Program-made: the position numbers and the translations under genes
Notes under the pieces: generated by a model
Database searches by the model: none
Seen by the model: the letters and a program-made list of their open reading frames with translations, nothing else
What the model was told of the DNA's origin: nothing
Shown here: positions 8,658-16,465 of the stretch, one piece after another
How positions within the stretch are numbered: the stretch's first letter is position 1
How the letters are laid out: each line of letters opens with the position of its first letter
Assembly (NCBI GenBank): GCA_965198065.1
Contig: CBDAON010000001.1
Coordinates: forward strand, 1 to 40,407
DNA length: 40,407 nt
Reading direction: 5' to 3'
Origin: Longimicrobiales bacterium
Lineage (GTDB): Bacteria > Gemmatimonadota > Gemmatimonadetes > Longimicrobiales > Gaopeijiaceae

Positions 8658-9797
8658 ATGAGCAGAACCGTGACAGAGGCGCCGACAAGTGAGGACTGGG
8701 ACCTGCTAGTATCGTTCTTCCCGAGCAACTGGCAGGAGCTGGCAGCGGAGACGGGAGCGCTGCGAGGGTTGCGCAAGGACAAGTCGCCGGAGAAGCTGCT
8801 GCGGACGCTGCTGATCCATCTCGGATGCGGGCATTCGCTGAGAGAAACGGTCGTGCGGGCTCGGCAGGCGAGCTTGGCGGATCTGTCGGACGTGGCGCTG
8901 CTGAAGCGGCTCCGGAAATCGCGGGACTGGCTGTATGCGTTGTGCGTGGAACTGTTCCGGGAGCACGGCATCGCGGTCTCGTCGGACGGGGGCTTCCAAG
9001 TGCGGGTCTTGGACGCCACGACCGTGCAGGAGCCGGGCCGGACCGGATCGTTGTGGAGGCTGCATTACAGCGTCAACCTGCCTTCGTTGGGCTGCGACTT
9101 CTTCAAGCTGACCGGGACGGAAGGGTCCGGGGCGGGCGAGTCGTTCAAACAGTTTCCGATCCGTCCGGGTGACTACGTGCTGGCCGACCGGGCCTACTCG
9201 AACGCGGCCGGGATCCAGCATGTGGCGATGGCCGGCGGTCACGTAACGGTGCGGGTGAACACCGGGACGCTGCCGCTGGAGACCGCGGACGGTCAGCCGT
9301 TCGAGTTGCTGACAGCCGTGGAATCCCTCGAGCGGCCTGGACCGGTCGGCGCATGGGCGGTGCGCACGGCGGCCAAGGCCGGCCCCCCGGTCGCAGGCCG
9401 AATCTGCGCCGTGCGCAAGACCGACGAAGCGATCGCGGCCGCGCACGCCAAGATCCGCAAGACAGCCCAGCGCAAGCAAAGCCAGGTCCGGCCGCAAACC
9501 CTGCATTTTGCCCGCTACGTCATCGTCTTCACGACCTACCCCCCGGAGGAGTTCTCGCCAGCCGACGTTCTGGAATGGTACCGCCTACGCTGGCAGGTCG
9601 AGCTGGTCTTCAAGCGCTTCAAGTCCCTGGCCCGCCTCGGACATCTGCCGAAGTATGATGACGAAAGCGCGCAGGCCTGGCTGTACGGCAAACTGCTCGT
9701 GGCACTGCTGGTCGAGAAAGTCGTGCGCCACGCCGTGGCTATTTCCCCCTGGGGATACGACGTCGCGACAACGTCAGCCCCGCAGCCCTTGGCGTGA
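8658..9797 (+). CDS. IS4-family DDE transposase
   Basis: VLDATT (D1), LADRAY (D2), and YRLRWQVELVFKRFKS (YREK signature). Confidence 0.93.
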   Translation: MSRTVTEAPTSEDWDLLVSFFPSNWQELAAETGALRGLRKDKSPEKLLRTLLIHLGCGHSLRETVVRARQASLADLSDVALLKRLRKSRDWLYALCVELFREHGIAVSSDGGFQVRVLDATTVQEPGRTGSLWRLHYSVNLPSLGCDFFKLTGTEGSGAGESFKQFPIRPGDYVLADRAYSNAAGIQHVAMAGGHVTVRVNTGTLPLETADGQPFELLTAVESLERPGPVGAWAVRTAAKAGPPVAGRICAVRKTDEAIAAAHAKIRKTAQRKQSQVRPQTLHFARYVIVFTTYPPEEFSPADVLEWYRLRWQVELVFKRFKSLARLGHLPKYDDESAQAWLYGKLLVALLVEKVVRHAVAISPWGYDVATTSAPQPLA

Positions 9798-10159
9798 CTT
9801 CAAGTTCGCACTCCACCAAGTCGCACGGGCCATCGAACCGGAGTTCTCTCTCGAAAAGATGATCCGCGAGTGGAGCAAGATCTCGGCTTCCCTGGCCGAA
9901 CCTCCAAGGCAGAGACTCAACCAGGTGGACCGCCACTTCCCGATAAACTACACAAGTTAGCGCTTATGGGAGCGACCCCCCCTTTCGGGATGCCTCGATC
10001 GGCATCGCGGAGGGTTGGCATGTGCACACCCATGCCACCCTCCGCCGGGGGTCGCTCCCCTCCAGCAATCCCTAGCGGGAAGGCCATCAAGCGCCGCTGC
10101 GAGCGCGGCGTATCAACGAATCCGGCCGCCGGTCGCGGCTTTTCACCAGCTAGGTGGCT

Positions 10160-10336
10160 CGGCAAGTCGTCCCAGTGAGGTCGGCGTCGGCGCTCGACCA
10201 AGCCCGAAACTGCCCCGAGGTGGTTGAGGTTGCCGCCGATGCGCGCGACCTGCCGGCCGCGTGCGCGCCATGGCCTGCCGGAGCGCGGGCGTCCAGGGAA
10301 TCGAAGGGGGCGGAGCCACCCTCGCCAGCCCCTGTT
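10160..10336 (-). pseudogene. Second, internally deleted oriT-like/mobC remnant
   Basis: The minus strand reads CAGGGGCTGGCGAGGGTGGCTCCGCCCCCTTC, similar to 3737-3766. An ATG follows, then RQVARIGGNLNHL (MobC motif). Confidence 0.55.
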
Positions 10337-10429
10337 CCCATCGCAGTAGTATCCGGGCTTGGCGCTGCGCACGAAGGCCGCGCTGAGTGCGTTATGCGGT
10401 CGCCTGCCTCGGTGTTTGGGCAAATCCAA
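10337..10429 (-). pseudogene. N-terminal fragment of a P4-like tyrosine integrase (arm-binding domain)
   Basis: PKHRGRRPHNALSAAFVRSAKPGYYCDGN matches the start of P4-type integrase arm domains (L...V..AKPG.Y.DG.GL). An AT-rich promoter-like region (10430-10585) lies upstream. Confidence 0.7.
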
Positions 10430-10587
10430 TTCGGGAGTCCCCGTATAAAGTATCGTATGTTGTATACGGGAACATAGTGGACAGACAGCGACAGTGCAAC
10501 CGGTAGTATCCTACATAACTCACTGCAATAGATATAGTTATAGAATCTTATCGGACACATATGGATTGCATTGGAATCTATGTGTAG

Positions 10588-10986
10588 CAGACGGGGGGAC
10601 CTCTCGACCGGCTGTTCGCTCAGCTCTCCGAGTCCCTCGTCACGCTAAAGCGAGACCTCGAAGGGGCCTGGGCCGACACGACGGTGGTCGTCATGACGGA
10701 GTTCGGGCGCACGGCGCGACCGAACGGGACGGGCGGCACGGACCACGGGACGGCTGGGGCCGGGTTCGTCCTCGGCCCCTGGGTCGCCCGGAGCCGCGTG
10801 TACTCCGATTGGCCAGGTCTGGGCGAGCGCGACCTGTACGAGCGGCGCGATCTTCGCCCGACGCTCGATACCCGGGCCGTTCTGAAGAGCGCCGTCCAAG
10901 GCACGTTCGACCTGACGGCGGCCCAGGCGGCCCGAATATTCCCGGGCTCCGAGGGGGTCCCGCCGGCCTCCGGCCTCATGCTCTGA
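10588..10986 (+). pseudogene. DUF1501-family protein, 3' remnant
   Basis: GGPLDRLFAQL...TTVVVMTEFGRTARPNGTGGTDHG...WPGL...DLRPTLDTR is the DUF1501 C-terminal signature. The frame hits TAG at 10585-10587 at the AT-rich junction. Confidence 0.85.
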
Positions 10987-11176
10987 CCCCAGGGGGGGTC
11001 CGCCCGGGCCTGGACGCGTACATGGGGTGGAGGCAGGCGCTCCGGGAGCTCCAGGAGCTGACTTACTGGGACTTCGAGTACGACGTTCCCTTGCTGGACC
11101 GGTTCGGGATCGACGTGAATGCAATGGGGGGATTCGCGAACGACTGAGCCCGGCGCCCGTTGCCAGGGGCCGCGCG

Positions 11177-13021
11177 TTACCGGTATCCGGCGGCTTGCAG
11201 GGCGAAGAGCTCGGCGTAGCGGCCGCCCAGCTCCACGAGCTCCGCGTGGCTCCCGTCCTCGGCCACCCGGCCGTCGATCAGGACGAGGATACGGTCAGCC
11301 ATGCGGACCGTGCTGAAGCGGTGGCTGATGAGCACGGCCATGCGCTCTGCCGTGAGTTCGCTGAAACGCTCGAAGACCTGAGACTCGGCCCGGGCATCCA
11401 GGGCCGCCGTGGGCTCGTCTAGGATCAGGAGCTGGGCGTCCCGCATGTAGGCGCGGGCCAGCGCGAGCTTCTGCCACTCCCCTCCACTCAGGTTCGCTCC
11501 CCCCTCGAAGCGCCGTCCGAGCATCTGATCGAGCCCCCCCGCGAGGCGCTGGGCCACGTCCATGGCCAGGCTCTTGCGCGCCGAGTCCACGATCCTCGCC
11601 TCGTCCTCCCGGGCCTCGATCCGGCCCACGGCGATGTTTTCCCGCACGATCATGTCGTAGCGCACGAAGTCCTGGAAGATGAGACCCACCTCGCCCCGGA
11701 GCTCGTCGGGATCGTACTCTCTAAGATCGACTCCATCGAGCAGGATGCGTCCTTCGGTCGGATCGTAGAGCCGGGTCAGGAGCTTCACCAGTGTGGTCTT
11801 ACCCGCCCCGTTCTCGCCCACCAGGGCAATCCGCTCACCGGGGCGGAGGCGGAACGAGACGCCTTCCAGCGCCCACCGGTTCGAGTCCGGGTATCGAAAG
11901 CCCACGCCCTCGAGTACGAACCCTTCGCGGATGGGCCGGGGAAAGCGGACCGGGTGAGCGGGCGCGGGCGTTCGCGGGCGCATCTCCAAGAAGTCGAACA
12001 GGTCCCGGAGGAACAGGCTCTCCTCGTAGACGGAGGCGCCCCTCAGGAGGACGGTTTGGATCAGCCCCCGGCTTCGATCGAAGGAGGCGATGAGGAACGT
12101 GAGCGTTCCGATCGTGATTGCTCCCTGGACGGCCTGGATCACGGTGAAGGCGACGGCTCCGTAGTACGCCACGGTGGACACGCCTGCGAGGGCGGTTCCG
12201 GTTGCAGACCTCTTCACGGCCACCTCGGCGTTCGCGGCGTAGTATCGGTCCGCGAGGTCGGAGTAGCGCTGGATGAAGTAGTCCGAGAGGTCGAACAGCT
12301 TGACCTCCTTCGCGGTGGCGTCGCTCGCGGCAACGTAGCGGAGGTAATCGAGCTCGCGCCGCTCGGGGGTCCATCGGAAGAAGAGCGAGTACGTGATGCC
12401 CGCGAAGTGCGTCTCCCCTAGGAAGGCCGGAAGAATCGCCGCGACGAGGATCACGAGGAGCCATGCGTTGTACGCCACCAACGCGACCAGCAGGGAGGCC
12501 AGCGTGAGGAGCTGCTGACCGATCTGGAGCAGCGTTCCCACGAGGGCGACCCGCCCCATGGTCTGGCGCCGAGCACGCTGGAGCTTGTCGTAGAAGTCCG
12601 GATCCTCGAAGTGCGCGACGTCCAGGGTCGCCGCGTGCCGCATCAGGAGCACGCTCATCTCGTTCCCGAAGCGATCCCCGAGAAGGGTTTCCAGGAGGCT
12701 CGCGGCCCTCCCGAGCCCTTCCATCACGAGGGCGATCGCGAGCTCGAGCCCCACCAGCCCCATGAGCGCCGACCAGTCGGGCGCGGGCGACCCCACGTTT
12801 GCCACGACGCCGTCCACGATCAGCTTCCCCACCCACAGCATGGCCACGGGCCCGAACGCCGCGAGGACTCGCACCACTACGATCCCGCCGCCGTACAGCG
12901 GGTTCGTGCGCCAGACCATGCGGAGGAAGCGCGGGACGAGGCGGAGCGCGTGAAGCCGCTCCCGCAGCGGCGGGAGGTCCTCCGTGATCAGCGCGCGGTG
13001 TCGCAGGAAAGGGGGGGGCAC
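11177..13021 (-). CDS. ABC transporter, fused permease/ATP-binding (exporter type)
   Basis: TM domain plus Walker A GENGAGKT, signature LSGGEWQ, Walker B LILDEPT and SHR H-loop. Confidence 0.95.
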   Translation of the reverse strand: MPPPFLRHRALITEDLPPLRERLHALRLVPRFLRMVWRTNPLYGGGIVVVRVLAAFGPVAMLWVGKLIVDGVVANVGSPAPDWSALMGLVGLELAIALVMEGLGRAASLLETLLGDRFGNEMSVLLMRHAATLDVAHFEDPDFYDKLQRARRQTMGRVALVGTLLQIGQQLLTLASLLVALVAYNAWLLVILVAAILPAFLGETHFAGITYSLFFRWTPERRELDYLRYVAASDATAKEVKLFDLSDYFIQRYSDLADRYYAANAEVAVKRSATGTALAGVSTVAYYGAVAFTVIQAVQGAITIGTLTFLIASFDRSRGLIQTVLLRGASVYEESLFLRDLFDFLEMRPRTPAPAHPVRFPRPIREGFVLEGVGFRYPDSNRWALEGVSFRLRPGERIALVGENGAGKTTLVKLLTRLYDPTEGRILLDGVDLREYDPDELRGEVGLIFQDFVRYDMIVRENIAVGRIEAREDEARIVDSARKSLAMDVAQRLAGGLDQMLGRRFEGGANLSGGEWQKLALARAYMRDAQLLILDEPTAALDARAESQVFERFSELTAERMAVLISHRFSTVRMADRILVLIDGRVAEDGSHAELVELGGRYAELFALQAAGYR

Positions 13022-13147
13022 TCTGTATCGGAACGAGTGAGGAGTCGGTCTTCAGGCGCCACGACCCATCTCACCCCCGTGGGGCGAGGGCGTTCCAGCG
13101 GGGGAAGATTGTCGGGAGGGGGGTCCGACGCCGGGCTCGGCGCCGGA

Positions 13148-13541
13148 CTACTTCGTGGCCTCGATCACTGACTCCACGTACTCGTCCACGCCAGCGATGA
13201 TGCGGACGAGTTGCGCGTTGTCGTCGGCCGAGCTCAGGTCAGCCGCGAAGCGCAGGAAGGTTTCGCGCACCGCGTTGTGGACCCGTAGCGACGCCACCTC
13301 CCTCCTCGCCCGAGCCGTGCGGGCACGCCGACCGTTTCCCCGCGTGGAAGACCTTTCCAGGGCCTGTCGCCGCTTGACCTGGAGCGGAAAGCGCGCATTG
13401 AACTGGCGGAGTGTGAGATTCCCGACGCCGGAATCCACCTCCTTGGCCTTCTCGTAGATCTCGGCGCTGCCGCGATCCGGGTCCTCAGCCATCTCCTCAC
13501 GGACGAACTCCATCACCCTTTTCCTTGTTCTTGACCGGCAT
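13148..13541 (-). CDS. Conserved-looking hypothetical protein; apparent +1 G near the N-terminus (in-frame ATG at 13513)
   Basis: GGAG RBS then ATG 13541 (MPVKNKEK), which joins VMEFVREEMAEDP...LTLRQFNARFPLQVKRR only if one G is removed from AAGGGTG. Confidence 0.65.
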
Positions 13542-13823
13542 ATCACTCCAAAGCTTTGGCTCGACAGAAGGCGGCCCGGATGGAAATCGGTGCCCGCCCT
13601 ATACCCCCTTCGACGCGTTTCGTTTTCGCTCGTACGTAGAGACACGGAACCGGCGCGGAATGTTGGCGGAGGCGGTGGACGCCGCGTAGCTTGAAGGCCG
13701 GGAGCCGCCGGGGAGGTGCCTGATGAGCCCCACCGCCACGCACCAGGCGGGAGCCCCGGGGCGCCACGGCCCCCCGGATCGTCCGGCCGGACCCCCATCC
13801 CTCGTCGCGGTACGAGCAGGAGC

Positions 13824-14606
13824 ATGGTCCGGCCGCACACCTCCCACGCCCCCTCCCCCCTTTGGGGCGCCGTGTCCGAGAAGACGAGCGCACGTCCCCG
13901 GAACGAGGACCGGTACCTCCTCCGGCCGGACCCCGAGCTGGTCGGGATTGCCGACGGACTGGGGGGCCACGGAGACGGTGACGTGGCGAGCCACATTGCC
14001 GCCGAGGAGACGCTCGCCTGGGCCGGAGAGCGTCCGGTCGAGAGCCTGCACGCTCTGGAGGCCGCCGCCAGGGAGCTCCGAAGGCGCATCGTGCGGCGCT
14101 ACGAGAACGCCGTCCTCCAGGACGGCTCGAGCCCGGACCTGGGATCCACTCTGAGCTTTGCGTTGCGCCTCGCGAGCGGGGCCTTCGGCGTGTTCCACCT
14201 CGGAGATTCCTGGATCTTCCGCGTGCGCTCGAGCGGCCGCGTGGAGCCCTGGACCCTCCCACAAAACGAGGCCTTCCGGGCCCTACGGCGGGGCCGCTTC
14301 ACGTTCGCGGAAGCGTTCGCCCGCTCCGGGCACCTCGTGGAGGGGTGCTGCTCGCTCCTCCCGGACCACTGGCGGCCGGAGGTGCACACGTTCGTGGCCG
14401 ACCCGGGGGACGTGCTCGTGTCCGCATCGGACGGGCTCGAGCACTATGGGGATTGGGCCGACCTCGAGTCGCTGCTCCGTGGCTTTGCTGGCACGCTCCC
14501 CGAGGCGCTCGACCGAATCCGCGCGTTCGCGCTTTCCGACCGGGCTCGGGACAACGTGACCGTTGCCGCCCTTCGGCTCGGCCCGGGGCAGGCGGAGCCC
14601 GGCTAA
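13824..14606 (+). CDS. PP2C/PPM-family Ser/Thr protein phosphatase
   Basis: RPRNEDR, IADGLGGH, GSTL, HLGDS, SASDGL and RDNVTV motifs. AGGAG RBS before the ATG. Confidence 0.88.
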   Translation: MVRPHTSHAPSPLWGAVSEKTSARPRNEDRYLLRPDPELVGIADGLGGHGDGDVASHIAAEETLAWAGERPVESLHALEAAARELRRRIVRRYENAVLQDGSSPDLGSTLSFALRLASGAFGVFHLGDSWIFRVRSSGRVEPWTLPQNEAFRALRRGRFTFAEAFARSGHLVEGCCSLLPDHWRPEVHTFVADPGDVLVSASDGLEHYGDWADLESLLRGFAGTLPEALDRIRAFALSDRARDNVTVAALRLGPGQAEPG

Positions 14607-14632
14607 GCGGCGGCCGGGACCCCAGCCGGTCG

Positions 14633-15070
14633 CTAGCTTTCCGGGCCTACCCAGCGCACCTCGTTCAGGCCGGTCTCGGGAACGATCTGGACCACGACCA
14701 AGAGGTGCTGGAGGGTCCACTCGGCCGGCGCCGTCCGCCAGCTCAGCGCGGTCGCCTCGTCGTTGAACAGGCGGACATTGATCGTGGCGCCCGCCGGGGC
14801 CTGGGACTGGATCATCCGTCCCAGCGCGAGTGCTTCCCCCCGGCTGACGTCGGGCGGCATCACGATCACGGCCTGGTTCCCCTCCAGGCCGGACGCCTCG
14901 ACGATCCGGTGGGGAGAGTCCGGGCCCAGCCCGATCCACGGATGCTCGGCTTCCGGCCCAGCGCAGGCGCCGGGGCCGACCAGGATCAGGGTCGCCAGCA
15001 GGCCGAGGAACCGTCCAGGGGCGGGACGCCGGGGACTGGGAGTGGGTCTGACGCGTCGATCAAAGGCCAC
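14633..15070 (-). CDS. Hypothetical exported protein/lipoprotein (start uncertain)
   Basis: Hydrophobic segment ending in GAC followed by a compact alpha/beta-like domain; coding-like codon usage. Confidence 0.55.
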   Translation of the reverse strand: MAFDRRVRPTPSPRRPAPGRFLGLLATLILVGPGACAGPEAEHPWIGLGPDSPHRIVEASGLEGNQAVIVMPPDVSRGEALALGRMIQSQAPAGATINVRLFNDEATALSWRTAPAEWTLQHLLVVVQIVPETGLNEVRWVGPES

Positions 15071-15169
15071 GTGCACTCCTCGCTCGAGTCGCCTCCCGCG
15101 AAACGTGTAGCCCCCAACAGTTATCAACGTCGGGGCCGACGCTCAAGGGGGCGGCCGCTGCGTGGCCGA

Positions 15170-15543
15170 GGGGAGCTGAAGCGGTCTGGCGAGACGAGGA
15201 GAGCCTCGTAACCCGGCGGAAGGACGGGGCAGGCTCGTCCGATGAGGCGCTTCAGGACCTGCACGGCGAGGTGCGAGACCGCGGGCGCAAGGGCGGCGAT
15301 GGCGTCCGCGCGGCCGATTCCAGGCACCGCGCTGGCTGTTGCCGCGCCGGCTGTTGCCATGACGATCGCCGGATCACCCAGGCGCGTGACCGCGAACATG
15401 GACACGTCGACTGACCTCCGGCAGCAGAGCTACACCGCCCGGAGAAGCCGCTGGTCCGCGGCACCGACGATCCCCAACTAGGCCGTCACGCGATTAGTCC
15501 GGGCCCGGGTGAGCCGGCTGGTCGCTCGGTTGCGCGGGCTCAT
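15170..15543 (-). pseudogene. PAP2-family phosphatase, degraded
   Basis: TRLGD...SHLAVQVLKRLIGRACP...PDRFSSP matches the PAP2 K..RP and PSGH region but is mutated and cut before SGH. There is an in-frame stop upstream (RAV*). Confidence 0.7.
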
Positions 15544-15603
15544 TGCGGCACTGGCCCCTGTACCTGTGCAGAGGTCCCCTTGTATCCTGTTGCCGTCGAA
15601 GGC

Positions 15604-16287
15604 ATGGGATCGGGAGACCGCGCCGGATATCCGGGAGGGCTCGCGACGAGGAATCGCGCGAACGACATGAACTCCGCCGGAACGGGAGTGGAGCTGGCCC
15701 GAGCCGTGGAGCGGTCGGCGGGGCTTCAGCCCTGGCGGAGGGTCCTCCATGCGTTCTCCGGGCTGGTCCTCGTGGTCGCGCTGAGGGCGTTTGACCCTCC
15801 GGTCGTCCTCGTCCTGACAGCGCTCTCGGTCCTCTTGGCCCTCCAGCTGATCCTGGACGGCGTGCGGCTCGCGGTTCCCAGGGCCAACCTGTTCTTCTTC
15901 CGAACGTTCACGCCGCTCGTCTCTCCCAGGGAGAGCGAGGGGATCGCATCCTCGACCTGGTACGTTCTCGGCGCGCTCCTGGCTCTTGCGCTGTTCCCCC
16001 GCCCCGCCGCCATGGGGGGGATCGTCGTTCTTGCCGTGGCCGACCCCACCGCCAACCTCGTGGGGAGGCTCTGGGGTCGGGTGCGGATCGGGTCCGACGG
16101 GACGGTGGAAGGGACCGTGGCGTTCTTCCTTGCCGGCTTCCTGGCTCTCCTGCTCCTGGCGGACCCCCCGGCCGCCGCCCTCGCCGCTGCCTCCGCCACC
16201 CTCGTGGAGCGGAGCCCCCTCCGCCTGGACGAACCTGAGATCCCGCTGGCCGCCGGGGCCGTCCTCTGGATCCTGAGTGGGGCCTGA
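15604..16287 (+). CDS. SEC59/phytol-kinase/cytidylyltransferase-like membrane protein
   Basis: WRRVLH, SSTWY, LAVADPTANLVGRLWGR, GTVEGT and a final LDE region; multiple TM helices. Start may be 15667. Confidence 0.8.
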   Translation: MGSGDRAGYPGGLATRNRANDMNSAGTGVELARAVERSAGLQPWRRVLHAFSGLVLVVALRAFDPPVVLVLTALSVLLALQLILDGVRLAVPRANLFFFRTFTPLVSPRESEGIASSTWYVLGALLALALFPRPAAMGGIVVLAVADPTANLVGRLWGRVRIGSDGTVEGTVAFFLAGFLALLLLADPPAAALAAASATLVERSPLRLDEPEIPLAAGAVLWILSGA

Positions 16288-16465
16288 GACCGTCAGCGTC
16301 GGGTCCCTGTGGTTTGAGGCCAGGGGTTCGTGCGAATGAGCGTCGAGTGGCTGGGCATGGAGCTTCACCGCATCTTTCTAGGAGAATTCGAAGGCGACTA
16401 CTTCCGCTATCTCGGATCGGGCCCACTGGACGCGTCCGATCCCCGGTGAGAGAGGGGCCCACGAC

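Larger units (their letters stand above)
8610..9968 (+). mobile_element. IS4-family insertion sequence
   Basis: Perfect 17-bp IRs CATAAGCGCTAACTTGT (8610-8626) and ACAAGTTAGCGCTTATG (9952-9968). 11-bp direct repeat GGAGCGACCCC at 8599-8609 and 9969-9979. Confidence 0.95.

Noticed and set aside
9917..10429. 170-aa minus-strand ORF as a single gene
   Set aside because: It is a chimeric read-through of an integrase fragment, oriT-like DNA, a mobC fragment and the IS end.
10560..10680. tRNA gene expected next to the integrase
   Set aside because: No cloverleaf or T-loop (GTTCGA) is present; the sequence is DUF1501 coding DNA.
13660..13750. tRNA-Sec or tmRNA on the minus strand (contains CTTCAAG and ends CTCCGCCA)
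   Set aside because: No T-arm and no proper anticodon stem; kept only as a generic ncRNA candidate.
13514..14089. Long N-terminal extension of the 313-aa minus-strand ORF
   Set aside because: It overlaps the PP2C gene antisense and is low-complexity Arg/Pro/Gly; the real start is near 13513-13541.
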